A stretch of DNA of 59,191 nt, filler included. It is 5 parts of 5 records of this genome, joined end to end, with 100 filler letters (N's around TTAATTAATTAA, not from the genome) between each part and the next. Parts side by side here need not be neighbours in the genome. Positions count along the whole stretch, not along the records: positions 12,326 to 24,151 come from DRR723986_18031; positions 24,252 to 39,029 come from DRR723986_18032; 3 more parts are not named here. One strand, written 5' to 3'. Under the pieces are notes generated by a model. The model saw only the letters and a program-made list of their open reading frames with translations, made no database searches and was not told the DNA's origin. The translations under genes and the position numbers were made by a program. Positions 17,270-26,553 of this stretch are shown piece after piece. The first letter of the stretch is position 1. The number at the start of each line of letters is the position of its first letter.

Positions 17270-18562
17270 TTATTCAATCGCAGAGAAAACCATTTGTCTA
17301 AATTTCCAAGCGGACTCATCGCCTGTTCCTCCCTGGGTTTGCTTCATTAAGATTCCAATCGTGTTTGTAACTGGATCAGCGAAATACTGAGTATTGAAAT
17401 ATCCTCCCCAATCGAAGGTACCCAAACTTCCAAGTCCCCCTTGTGCTACTCCTTTTTCATCCACCAAACCAAAAGCTAATCCATAATCCTTTCCTCCATC
17501 TCCTAACATATCGCCAACTTGATTACTCATCATAGTTTTTATCGTTGTTGGACTGAGGAATCGAGTTCCATTATACGCTCCTCCATTCAGGTACATTTGA
17601 AGGAATTTAGCATAGTCTTCGGCAGTAGAAGAAAGGCCTGCACCACCGGAGAAAAATGTCTTTGCGCCAGTTTTAGGATAATCAGGATCATAGAAAGTTA
17701 CAGGAAAGGACTCCCATTGGTTGTTTACTTTTCTATGAATTGTTACCAGCTTTTTCCCTTGAGCCTCATTCAGATAAAATCCTGTATTACTCATTCCCAT
17801 AGGATCAAAAATTCGCGTTTTCAGAAACTGGTCAAATGGCATTCCTGAAACAACTTCTATAAAATATCCCAACACATCTAACCCTTCGCTATAAGTATAT
17901 TTCGTGCCTGGTTCGTGGTGAAGTGGTAGCTGTGCAAGCTTTTTAATGTTATCGCTGATCTTCACGGGTTCGGAAGTGAACAAATCCACAATCCCTGCTT
18001 TTTGGTAGATCATTTTCATCTGCTCATTTCCATCTATCACCCCATAACCTATCCCAGAAGTATGGGTAATAAGATGTCTAATGGTGATTTCCCTAGGTGA
18101 AGGTCTGGAAGAATAAGAAGAATCCGCATATCGAAATCCAGACAAAATCCTAGGATTAGCAAACTCTGGAATGTACTTGGAGATGGGATCATCCAACTTA
18201 AATTTCCCCTCCTCCCAAAGCATCATTACGGCAGTAGAAGTAATTGCCTTGGACTGAGAAGCAATCCTAAAAATCTGATCTTTAGCCATTTTAGTACCGG
18301 AAGGCACATCAGCTAATCCTTTAGCTTCGTGATAGACTATTTTACCATCTTTCACGATCAATGCCACTAGGCCGGGAACCTGATTATCAGCCAGGGTTTG
18401 ATCCAGCATCTGGTCAATTCTCTCTAAACGTGCAGAAGAAATACCTTGAAGGGGTTGTTTTCCTGTAGGTGCAAGGACGGTTGATGGACTTTGAGCTTGT
18501 GTATTAACGCTTAATACTAGCAGAAAAACTAGGCTTCCGAGCGAGCCGAGGTACTTTTTCAT
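17270..18562 (-). CDS. Serine hydrolase, beta-lactamase class C/AmpC-like fold
   Basis: Signal peptide, FRIASQSK (SxxK), HLITHTSG, PGTKYTYS, FDWGGY. Confidence 0.9.
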   Translation of the reverse strand: MKKYLGSLGSLVFLLVLSVNTQAQSPSTVLAPTGKQPLQGISSARLERIDQMLDQTLADNQVPGLVALIVKDGKIVYHEAKGLADVPSGTKMAKDQIFRIASQSKAITSTAVMMLWEEGKFKLDDPISKYIPEFANPRILSGFRYADSSYSSRPSPREITIRHLITHTSGIGYGVIDGNEQMKMIYQKAGIVDLFTSEPVKISDNIKKLAQLPLHHEPGTKYTYSEGLDVLGYFIEVVSGMPFDQFLKTRIFDPMGMSNTGFYLNEAQGKKLVTIHRKVNNQWESFPVTFYDPDYPKTGAKTFFSGGAGLSSTAEDYAKFLQMYLNGGAYNGTRFLSPTTIKTMMSNQVGDMLGDGGKDYGLAFGLVDEKGVAQGGLGSLGTFDWGGYFNTQYFADPVTNTIGILMKQTQGGTGDESAWKFRQMVFSAIE

Positions 18563-18739
18563 TGGTTGTATGGGTTTGATTGAAAAGTAAAGTAGTTAAT
18601 CTCACTAAGAAATCTATCCCGCTGGAAAAAATGGCAGGAAAACTGGAGAAAATGAGAATTTAATAAGAATGGGAGCCAGTCATTTGTCAATGTTATCAGC
18701 AACCTTAAACGGCACATAAAGCAGTCAAAAAAGTGTAAC

Positions 18740-18774
18740 AAAAAAAAACAGGCCGATGAAAATTCATCGGCCTG
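18740..18774 (-). terminator. Intrinsic terminator after degP
   Basis: Minus strand CAGGCCGATGAA-TT-TTCATCGGCCTG-TTTTTTTTT. Confidence 0.85.
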
Positions 18775-18799
18775 CCTAATGTAGACGCTCAGTTGTATA

Positions 18800-20302
18800 T
18801 CAATTCAATTCAAAATAATATTCTGTTCCGTCTTGGAACATACCAAGTACTACGATATCGTCACCCTGAGTATCTTCTAATACACTTAGTAAGTTGTCAA
18901 CTCCGGATATTTTGACTCTACCACTTTCTGTGATGATAGAAGTGATAATAAAGCCCTCTCTTGCTCCAGCTTCTCTCCATTTTTGACCATTGACAGAAGC
19001 AATCAGTGCGCCACCGGATAACTCAAGCGACCTTTTGATTTGATCAGGAACTTCTTCAAAATTGACACCCTGAAACTCAAAGGTTTTTGGGATTACTTTT
19101 TCTACTATATCAGTTGTTCCTGAGAAGTTTTTCAATGTAGCTTTCGCTTTGTAGGTTTTTCCATCGCGGATATATTCCACTTCCACCTTATCACCTGGTC
19201 TCTTTCTAGCAACCATTTCTTGTAGATTAGCGACATTATTTGTCACTCTACCATCTACACTGATAATGATATCTCCTGGCTTCAGGCCTGCTTCTTCTCC
19301 CGCACTATTTTCGTTGACACCACCTATATACACACCCTGCTCTACAGGGAATTCGGTATCCAGGTAATCTGCTAGCTCAGGGCTGACATTTTGGATGTTA
19401 ACTCCCAATAAGGCGCGCTGTGCGGTACCGTATTGCATGAGATCATCCATTACTTTTTTCACCAAGGTGCTTGGTACAGCAAATGAATAGCCATTGAAAG
19501 TACCTGTTCTACTTGCGATGGCAGTGTTGATACCGATTAGTTCTCCTGCTAAATTAACCAGCGCTCCACCGGAATTCCCAGGGTTCACTACAGCGTCAGT
19601 CTGAAGGAAAGCCTCTACGGAAAGGTTATTCTCAACGTTTTCCAGAATTCTGATATTTCTGGCTTTTGCTGAAATAATACCTGCAGTAACTGTAGAGTTC
19701 AAATCGAAAGGATTACCCACAGCAAGCACCCATTCACCAATTTGAGTTTTGTCTGAATCACCGAATCTCACGAAAGGCAGGTTTTCTCCGTCAATTTTCA
19801 ACAACGCTAAATCAGTGGTAGGATCTGTCCCGATAACTTTGGCTACATAACGCTTATTGTTGTCAAGAGAGATTTCTAATCTATTGGCATTTTCAACCAC
19901 GTGATTATTGGTAACTATATAGCCATCAGGAGAGATGATTACCCCGGAGCCGGAACTCATCATAGTTCTACCTTCTCCACCTCTATTTTGGTCTTCTCTA
20001 GGCGGGATTCCAAAAAACTCCTGTAAAGGATCTCTTCTGCTTCTGCTATTTCCAGTATAGGTCATCTGACTTTTGACGTGAACAACAGCAGGAACAACTG
20101 CCTCCGCAGAAGCTACAAAATTGATCCCGTCAGGCACGGTAAAGTCTTCCCCCGAAAGTAAGTTTGCAAAGCTAGCCGGCTGCTTATCATCGAAGCTTGC
20201 TGCATTTTGTGGTTGTACTAGAAAGCTGACGCCCGCTAAGGCAACTATGCCTCCGATCAAAGAGGCAAGAAGCATTCCCAGAAAGAATTGTCTTTTGCTC
20301 AT
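18800..20302 (-). CDS. degP: DegP/HtrA (Do-type) serine protease with PDZ domains
   Basis: GSGVIIS, VTNNHVV, DLALLK, NPGNSGG and a PDZ region (AGLKPGDII). Confidence 0.93.
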   Translation of the reverse strand: MSKRQFFLGMLLASLIGGIVALAGVSFLVQPQNAASFDDKQPASFANLLSGEDFTVPDGINFVASAEAVVPAVVHVKSQMTYTGNSRSRRDPLQEFFGIPPREDQNRGGEGRTMMSSGSGVIISPDGYIVTNNHVVENANRLEISLDNNKRYVAKVIGTDPTTDLALLKIDGENLPFVRFGDSDKTQIGEWVLAVGNPFDLNSTVTAGIISAKARNIRILENVENNLSVEAFLQTDAVVNPGNSGGALVNLAGELIGINTAIASRTGTFNGYSFAVPSTLVKKVMDDLMQYGTAQRALLGVNIQNVSPELADYLDTEFPVEQGVYIGGVNENSAGEEAGLKPGDIIISVDGRVTNNVANLQEMVARKRPGDKVEVEYIRDGKTYKAKATLKNFSGTTDIVEKVIPKTFEFQGVNFEEVPDQIKRSLELSGGALIASVNGQKWREAGAREGFIITSIITESGRVKISGVDNLLSVLEDTQGDDIVVLGMFQDGTEYYFELN

Positions 20303-20658
20303 ATTTTTAAATTTTAATAATTAATGTTATTAGGGTAATACTCGAAAAGAACCAAATATTACACCTGAAAAAGCGGCTAGATCTCCAAATTAACAGGAAT
20401 TAACCAATTTCTTCAGATATTAATTAATATTATGCTTTAAGGCTCTATTTGCTTGCCAAATCTGAAATGACTGACACTTTCAAACAAAATTCTGAAATTT
20501 TGACAGGAAATCGCAGTTGATTTCTGACTGATGGTTTTCAGAAATTGAATTAAAGTTTCAGCACCTATTACAGTTATTAACTCATTCTAGCATCATCTTG
20601 TTTTGGTCCCTAACTACTGCTGTTTTTTTATTTACTTTAAATTTTCATATTGAGAATT

Positions 20659-23223
20659 ATGTACAAAATTCTGGTAGCCTTTCTTTTATCCCTGCAGGTA
20701 ATTCAATCAGCATCTGCTCAAGGTACAACTGCGGAAGGCAATTCAACAGAGGAAGGAACAGGTATAGAACTTATTGACAGCCTTTTTATTTTCTCCGATT
20801 CGGTAGATCTCACACCTACCAAACCTAAGACTGGCGGAGCGATATTAACTCAGTTGATCAATAAGGCACAGCGATATGCCTACGATCTGAGTGAACTTAA
20901 CGTAGAACTAGCGGAGAGCCTTGATACCACCACAATGTCTGAAAGGCTGAGGATAATTAACATTGTGGCCAAGAGAGTCAAAGCCAAAACGGAGGAAGAT
21001 GCCGGAAATCTAAACCACCGGTATCTGATTGGTATGGAAAATCTGGTCTCAACGGTGGCTGATGAAAACATAGGTATACAGAAAAAGATCCAAGAAAGAG
21101 TTGATAAACTATCGGCTGCCGGGAATAAACTAAATTCCATAAAGTCTGACTCACTATTTGCAATGACTCTTCGTGACACCTCATTGGTTCCTGCTATCAA
21201 TAGAGAGCTTAGACTCCTCAAGGAATCATTGAAAAATATAGACAGCATATATTTGGAGCAAGAGATTCTCACTGCAAAATTGCAGGCAAAGGTTTCTGAA
21301 AATGCAATGGCATTTCTTTCGTTGAAACAATACCTCAACCAGACCAAGAAAAAACTTGACAGGCAGTATTGGACAAAAGAAATCAACTACGCATGGGAAC
21401 CGGCTAACTACCGAAAATTTAGCGACTTACCTACTAGAGCAAAAAGGTCTATTGACCTCAACATTGACCTAATGAAAGCCTATGCAGAGCGGAATTTATA
21501 TACTTTTTTAATCTGTGCTATACTCTTCGGGCTATTGTACTGGAAAATCAAATCCACAATCAAAGAGATTAGTAATCAGAAGGATTTTGCCTCGCTCATT
21601 CTAGATAGGGTTAAGTATTTCAACAAACACACCTTCTTTTCCACCCTCATAATTCTTATTCCCATCTTTTTCATAATATTCAGTAAGCCACCTCTGGTTT
21701 TTATTTCCATTTTATCTTTATGCCTAGTCATTGCCTCTAGTTTTCTAATCAAAGAGCAATTCGGCCAAAAGCTCAATAAAATATGGCTTGTCTTCCTCAC
21801 ACCTTACATCGCACTGGCTATTAGTGGTTTAAATTGGATAGTAATCTATCAGGAGCGATGGTACATTTTACTCTCATCACTGACATTTGTAGTGATGGGA
21901 ATTGTAGTTTTAAAAGAAGTCTTAACCAATAAGGAAAAACAATTTACTTTTTTAAAATACCTTGCCATATTCCTTATTATCATTGAAACTTTTGCTTTTT
22001 TCAGCAATATTTTAGGGCGATTCAGTCTTTCCAAAACCTATTCTATCACTGGTGTAATACTATTTTATCGAGGCATAGGTTTATTCCTATTTGTCAATGT
22101 TTTCCTTGAAGCTATTTATCTATTCATAGAACATAGTAAAAAAGAGAGTGACGTATTCACCTCCTATTTTGATTTCCAGGATTTGCAAAAAAGGATGAAA
22201 GGAATCCTTTACGTTTTTGCGGCTGCAATCTGGGTTTATGGCTTGGTTTGGCATTTAGGTTTCTTTGATAAAGCGTACAATACTGTGCAGGAGTTTCTGC
22301 TCAAAGACCGCACACTGGGCGACACTGTATTTCAATATGGCAGCATTCTCCTATTCATTATTGTTCTCTATATCTCTACTTTTCTTGCGAATAACATCGC
22401 TTATTTCGCGTCAGTCAAAGATCAAAAAACAGCAGCTTCAAGAAAACAGCGCCTAGGCAGCTCTATACTTCTGATCAGGTTAGCTGTTTTGTCGATAGGT
22501 TTTTTGATCGGAATGACCGCCGCCAAAATTCCTTTTGACAAAATAGCCATTGTTCTTGGGGCGTTATCGGTAGGTATTGGCTTTGGTCTGCAAACCATCA
22601 TCAACAACCTGGTCTCGGGGATAATTCTAGCCTTCGAGCGCCCTATTCAGATAGGAGATGAAATTCAAGTGGGGATGAATGCCGGTACAGTAAAAGACGT
22701 GGGTATCCGAGCAAGCAAAATCCAAGCTTACGACGGTTCCGAAATCGTTGTTCCAAACGGTGACTTGCTATCGCAAAGCTTAATTAACTGGACGCTTTCT
22801 GACAAAAAACGCAGGGTGGAACTGATCATAGGCGTGGGCTACGGATCAGATATGAAGCTGGTAAAATCAGTGCTTGAAGAGGTAATGAAAGGCGAGCGCA
22901 TCCTGAAAGCTCCCGCTCCCCGTGTTTATATGCAGACCTTCAATGATAGCTCAGTAGACTTCAGGGTGCTTTTTTGGGTAGAAAGTATGGATATTTGGAT
23001 TGATGTGAGAGGCGAGGTAATGAGTACCATATTTGAAAAATTTGCTGAGCATGACATCGAAATTCCATTCCCGAAGAGAGACCTCTATCTAAAATCCGTG
23101 CCATCCAACTGGCAGGAAAAAATATCCAAGCCTGGAGAAGATATCAGCCCAAAGGCTATAGATGTTAAACCTAAAGATGATTTATCAGATATGGATAAAA
23201 ACAAAAAAGCCCCTGAAGAATAA
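20659..23223 (+). CDS. Large mechanosensitive channel of the MscS family (MscK-like)
   Basis: Signal peptide, periplasmic coiled coil, many TMs and the MscS core GALSVGIGFGLQ...NNLVSG...ERPIQIGD...IPFP. Confidence 0.9.
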   Translation: MYKILVAFLLSLQVIQSASAQGTTAEGNSTEEGTGIELIDSLFIFSDSVDLTPTKPKTGGAILTQLINKAQRYAYDLSELNVELAESLDTTTMSERLRIINIVAKRVKAKTEEDAGNLNHRYLIGMENLVSTVADENIGIQKKIQERVDKLSAAGNKLNSIKSDSLFAMTLRDTSLVPAINRELRLLKESLKNIDSIYLEQEILTAKLQAKVSENAMAFLSLKQYLNQTKKKLDRQYWTKEINYAWEPANYRKFSDLPTRAKRSIDLNIDLMKAYAERNLYTFLICAILFGLLYWKIKSTIKEISNQKDFASLILDRVKYFNKHTFFSTLIILIPIFFIIFSKPPLVFISILSLCLVIASSFLIKEQFGQKLNKIWLVFLTPYIALAISGLNWIVIYQERWYILLSSLTFVVMGIVVLKEVLTNKEKQFTFLKYLAIFLIIIETFAFFSNILGRFSLSKTYSITGVILFYRGIGLFLFVNVFLEAIYLFIEHSKKESDVFTSYFDFQDLQKRMKGILYVFAAAIWVYGLVWHLGFFDKAYNTVQEFLLKDRTLGDTVFQYGSILLFIIVLYISTFLANNIAYFASVKDQKTAASRKQRLGSSILLIRLAVLSIGFLIGMTAAKIPFDKIAIVLGALSVGIGFGLQTIINNLVSGIILAFERPIQIGDEIQVGMNAGTVKDVGIRASKIQAYDGSEIVVPNGDLLSQSLINWTLSDKKRRVELIIGVGYGSDMKLVKSVLEEVMKGERILKAPAPRVYMQTFNDSSVDFRVLFWVESMDIWIDVRGEVMSTIFEKFAEHDIEIPFPKRDLYLKSVPSNWQEKISKPGEDISPKAIDVKPKDDLSDMDKNKKAPEE

Positions 23224-23233
23224 TCTTCAGGGG
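23203..23233 (-). terminator. Terminator between the convergent cold-shock and mscS genes, overlapping the mscS stop
   Basis: AAAAAAG-CCCCTGAAGA-ATAA-TCTTCAGGGG. Confidence 0.75.
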
Positions 23234-23263
23234 AAAGTTTTTCGCTAACAAAAAAGATATTGA

Positions 23264-23455
23264 TTAAGCTCTTTTGACATTGACAGCGTTAGGACCTTTT
23301 TTGCCATCTTTGATGTCATAGGTTACTTTGTCATTCTGTGCGACTTGATCCACCAAACCGGTTGCGTGTACGAATACTTCGCTTTGAGACTCATCGTCAA
23401 CGATAAATCCGAACCCTTTGGCTTCATTGTAAAATTTTACTGTTCCGGTAAACAT
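23264..23455 (-). CDS. cspA: Cold-shock protein
   Basis: GTVKFYNEAKGFGFI (RNP1), VFVH (RNP2), GKKGPNAVNV. Confidence 0.95.
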   Translation of the reverse strand: MFTGTVKFYNEAKGFGFIVDDESQSEVFVHATGLVDQVAQNDKVTYDIKDGKKGPNAVNVKRA

Positions 23456-23489
23456 AATAATTTGTGATAAATTGGAATTGAAAGAGCGC

Positions 23490-23520
23490 TAAAAGTAAAT
23501 ATTCAATTAAAAAAAACAAA
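23490..23520 (-). promoter_or_regulatory. Bacteroidota-type promoter for the cold-shock gene
   Basis: Minus strand TTTG-N19-TACTTTTA, close to the TTTG/TAnnTTTG consensus. Confidence 0.5.
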
Positions 23521-23543
23521 ATAATCATTCTTATTTTCAAGAA

Positions 23544-24029
23544 ATGAAGAAAATAATTTTGATCAGACACGGAAAATCAGATTGGAACAACCCTAATCTG
23601 ACAGATCACGACAGACCCTTGGCTCTGCGTGGGTTGAATGATGTGCCTGAAATGAGCTTGCGTCTGAAAGAAAAAGGAATTTTTCCAGACCTTATTTTAA
23701 GCTCTACAGCCCTTCGTGCGATGCAGACCGCAGAAATAGTAGCCGAAGTTCTGCACATTCCCAAAGCTAGTTTGGCTTTCGAAAAAAACCTCTACCATGC
23801 TTCCTATGGTATGATTTTGAAAAGCATCCAAAGACAAGATGATTCGAACAAACTAATCTTCATAGTTGGCCACAACCCAGGAATGAATGATTTTATAGAA
23901 TTTATGGGTGGAAATTTAGATAACCTGCCAACCTCAGGGCAGTACGCCTTTATAGTCGACACAGATCATTGGATCCAACTACGCCCAGATAATGTTAAAA
24001 CCTGGTTTGTTGATTACCCGAAGAAATGA
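23544..24029 (+). CDS. sixA: SixA-like histidine phosphatase
   Basis: RHGKS, DRPL..RG, SSTA.RA.QTA, VGHNPG. Confidence 0.9.
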   Translation: MKKIILIRHGKSDWNNPNLTDHDRPLALRGLNDVPEMSLRLKEKGIFPDLILSSTALRAMQTAEIVAEVLHIPKASLAFEKNLYHASYGMILKSIQRQDDSNKLIFIVGHNPGMNDFIEFMGGNLDNLPTSGQYAFIVDTDHWIQLRPDNVKTWFVDYPKK

Positions 24030-24151
24030 TTGTTCAGTGTAGCTAGTGCCCAGTCTCAGGTATCAGTATTCAGTCTCATTTCTCAAACACGTCAATCTAC
24101 CATAAGGTGACTAAAGAATTTTATGATTATCCGCAAAGATGCCAGTCACCT

Positions 24152-24251
24152 NNNNNNNNNNNNNNNNNNNNNNNNNNNNNNNNNNNNNNNNNNNNTTAAT
24201 TAATTAANNNNNNNNNNNNNNNNNNNNNNNNNNNNNNNNNNNNNNNNNNNN
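24152..24251. other. Artificial contig linker
   Basis: N44-TTAATTAATTAA-N44. Confidence 0.98.
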
Positions 24252-24254
24252 GTC

Positions 24255-24929
24255 TTACTCTGCCGGTTTCTTTTTTGTTAATGGTAACTTATACGTTAAT
24301 CCTATCGAAGGTGAGAACATCCATAAATTAATAGGTATATAACTACCGGTAATAGAGTACCTTTCTTTTGCAAAAGCATAACTTTGAGCTAAAGTTAAAC
24401 TTGCTGAAAGATTGTCCCAAAAATTATATTCATAGGTCAAGTTTAGGCCCAATTGCCATTTATATAAAATTCTAAAATCAAACTCAAGTGAAGTATTAGG
24501 AAATACTGGACACTCTATGCAGTTGTACTCATTTATCTGACCCGTATTGAAGTTCTCATAATAGTAATAGTGATTAAGTAAAAAAAACTTCTCTATTTGA
24601 AAACCAGTAAAGAACGAGTGTCTATTAAATTTAAATAACCTGAATTCACCCTGAACACCAAACCTACTAAACTTATCATTCATGATTCTAGTTCGCTGAG
24701 AAGTTTTTAATTCATAGTGGTCAATAAAGTTATAACCGCCCGACAATCCAACGGAAAACCAATCTTTCTCGAATTGTAAAACGCATCTAATTCCGTTATC
24801 ACCTTTTAACGCAGGAAAGTTTAGCTTACTGTAGCTAGCAGAGAATGATAAAAAAGTACTGGGCTCTTGACTGAAAGAGCTAATACCTATCAGAAAAATG
24901 CTTAAATATGTTAAAACATGCTTTATCAT
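24255..24929 (-). CDS. Putative outer-membrane beta-barrel protein
   Basis: Signal peptide ending ISSFS-Q and amphipathic strands (VGLSGGY, LGLNLTYEY, SIGLTYKL). Confidence 0.65.
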   Translation of the reverse strand: MIKHVLTYLSIFLIGISSFSQEPSTFLSFSASYSKLNFPALKGDNGIRCVLQFEKDWFSVGLSGGYNFIDHYELKTSQRTRIMNDKFSRFGVQGEFRLFKFNRHSFFTGFQIEKFFLLNHYYYYENFNTGQINEYNCIECPVFPNTSLEFDFRILYKWQLGLNLTYEYNFWDNLSASLTLAQSYAFAKERYSITGSYIPINLWMFSPSIGLTYKLPLTKKKPAE

Positions 24930-25007
24930 TGTTTAAAGGGATATTCTGCTCAGTGTTTGATAAAGTTAAGATAAGAAAAATGTTGTTAGTGCCCCGCAGG
25001 AGCTCAG

Positions 25008-25070
25008 CTACTGCGGAGCGGAGCTTGCGAAAAAGGCAATTAAAATTGATATGGATATGCAGCGTTTCAA
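25008..25070 (-). pseudogene. Truncated fourth lipoprotein copy (B'), signal-peptide remnant only
   Basis: Reads (L)KRCISISILIAFFAS-SAPQ*. 25022-25056 matches 26020-26054 at 34/35 nt and breaks at the lipobox Cys, next to a GC-rich palindrome. Confidence 0.75.
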
Positions 25071-25077
25071 GTTGGCT

Positions 25078-25554
25078 TTACTGTTTGGTGAAATAGCTCA
25101 AATAGTCTTCACAACCAGAATCATAATTTTCGTAGAGAAAACCATTGGTAATAATCAAAGTGTCATTTTTTATGCATCCGGCTATCTGGTGTTCAATATC
25201 ATTATTTAACCAAATACTAAATAGGTCATAGCTCCCTAAATGATCACAAGCAGATATTTCCCCAAAGGTGTAGAAATAAATGCCAAAATCATTTTGTGTT
25301 GTGCCACTTTTAATATGCCTCATTAGTCCATTTGGAGAAAATATAAGCTCATTGGTCATATTAGAAGATGCCGGGGTAATAACCTCATTTAGAACCTGGT
25401 TCTGACAATATCCATATCCATGTTCAGAGTATTGCCATAGCCATGAACCCGCAAATACCGAGGTATCTCCTGTAAGCAAATCTGGTTGTTCAACTGGTGG
25501 GTCTTTTTTGCAGCTGAACAAGGACGCTAAAAATAGAAATACTAAAACTCTCAT
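25078..25554 (-). CDS. Lipoprotein, array copy A'
   Basis: MRVLVFLFLASLFS-CKKD lipobox, GSWxWxxS motif and conserved Cys. Paralog of 26075-26551. The ORF track starts at 25560. Confidence 0.85.
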   Translation of the reverse strand: MRVLVFLFLASLFSCKKDPPVEQPDLLTGDTSVFAGSWLWQYSEHGYGYCQNQVLNEVITPASSNMTNELIFSPNGLMRHIKSGTTQNDFGIYFYTFGEISACDHLGSYDLFSIWLNNDIEHQIAGCIKNDTLIITNGFLYENYDSGCEDYLSYFTKQ

Positions 25555-25585
25555 CATCAATTCTACCTATGCAAACACCTATATA

Positions 25586-26068
25586 TTATAGTTTTATAAA
25601 GGAACACACATATGTTTCACAAAAATCGTCATAATCTTCATATATATATCCACTACCTAAAAATAAGCTGTCTTTTGAAACGCAACCATATAACTGTTTG
25701 GTATTATCATTATTAAGATTTGCGGTAAATACTCTTGCGTCTCCTGATAAATTACAACTACTTGAAGTTCTATAATCAATGAAATACAAACTGTTCTGCA
25801 CAATTAACGTGTCATTTCTGTAATGCTGCACCCATCCATTAGGATAAAATATCAGTATACTGTTATTTCCTGATGATGCTGGTGTTATTTGTTCCGAGTA
25901 ATTTAGATTGTTGCAAGGGCCATAATTATGGCTAGATTTTTCCCATTGCCATGCTCCAACAAAAAAAGATGTATCACCAGTAAGAAAATCTGGCTCTTCA
26001 ACCGGTGCGTCTTTTTTGCAGCTTGCGAATAAGGCAATTAAAATTGATATGGATGTTACATGTTTCAG
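25586..26068 (-). CDS. Lipoprotein, array copy B (160 aa; only the C-terminal half is in the ORF track)
   Basis: Frame is open from CTG 26068: (L)KHVTSISILIALFAS-CKKDAPVEEPDFLTGDTSFFVGAWQWEKSSHNYGPC...ITPASSG...YPNG...LYGCVSKDSL. Aligns with A and A' over its full length. Confidence 0.8.
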   Translation of the reverse strand: MKHVTSISILIALFASCKKDAPVEEPDFLTGDTSFFVGAWQWEKSSHNYGPCNNLNYSEQITPASSGNNSILIFYPNGWVQHYRNDTLIVQNSLYFIDYRTSSSCNLSGDARVFTANLNNDNTKQLYGCVSKDSLFLGSGYIYEDYDDFCETYVCSFIKL

Positions 26069-26074
26069 TTTCCG

Positions 26075-26551
26075 CTATTCAGATTTAGTAAAATATGAAT
26101 TATAAGCTTCACAACCTTCATTATAATCATCAAATAAAAAGCCGCTACCTATTAACATAGTATCTTCAGATATGCATCCATAAAGTTTACTGTTTGAATT
26201 ATTTAAGTCTATGGAATAACTATTATTAGATGCCCCTAGTAAACAGGCTCCTGTAACATAAAAATCTGTGAAGAACAACTCGTAATCTTGGTTAAACTCA
26301 TTATTAACAATGTGTCTTAACAAACCATTAGGAGAAAAAACCAATTGATGAGAAGAACCTGAATTCGCCGGTGTAACCTGTTCAAAAAAGCTCTGATTAT
26401 CGCATCCTCCGAACCAATGATCAGAGTACTGCCAATCCCATGAACCAATAAAAATTGCTTTTTCATCTTTTAAAAAATCTGGCTGTTCAATTGGTGGGTC
26501 TTTTTTGCAGCTGAACAAGGTCGCTAAAAATAGAAATACTAAAACTCTCAT
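26075..26551 (-). CDS. Lipoprotein, array copy A
   Basis: MRVLVFLFLATLFS-CKKD lipobox; GSWDWQYS, FSPNG, YGCISEDT, GCE.YxSYFTK. Confidence 0.85.
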   Translation of the reverse strand: MRVLVFLFLATLFSCKKDPPIEQPDFLKDEKAIFIGSWDWQYSDHWFGGCDNQSFFEQVTPANSGSSHQLVFSPNGLLRHIVNNEFNQDYELFFTDFYVTGACLLGASNNSYSIDLNNSNSKLYGCISEDTMLIGSGFLFDDYNEGCEAYNSYFTKSE

Positions 26552-26553
26552 AT

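Noticed and set aside
17270-18562. Beta-lactam resistance gene
   Set aside because: The SxxK fold is shared by many esterases and peptidases, and nothing here specifically indicates AmpC activity.
24035-24085. Degenerate CAGTNTY heptamer run
   Set aside because: Few, irregular copies at a contig end. Such runs are common in Bacteroidota intergenic DNA.
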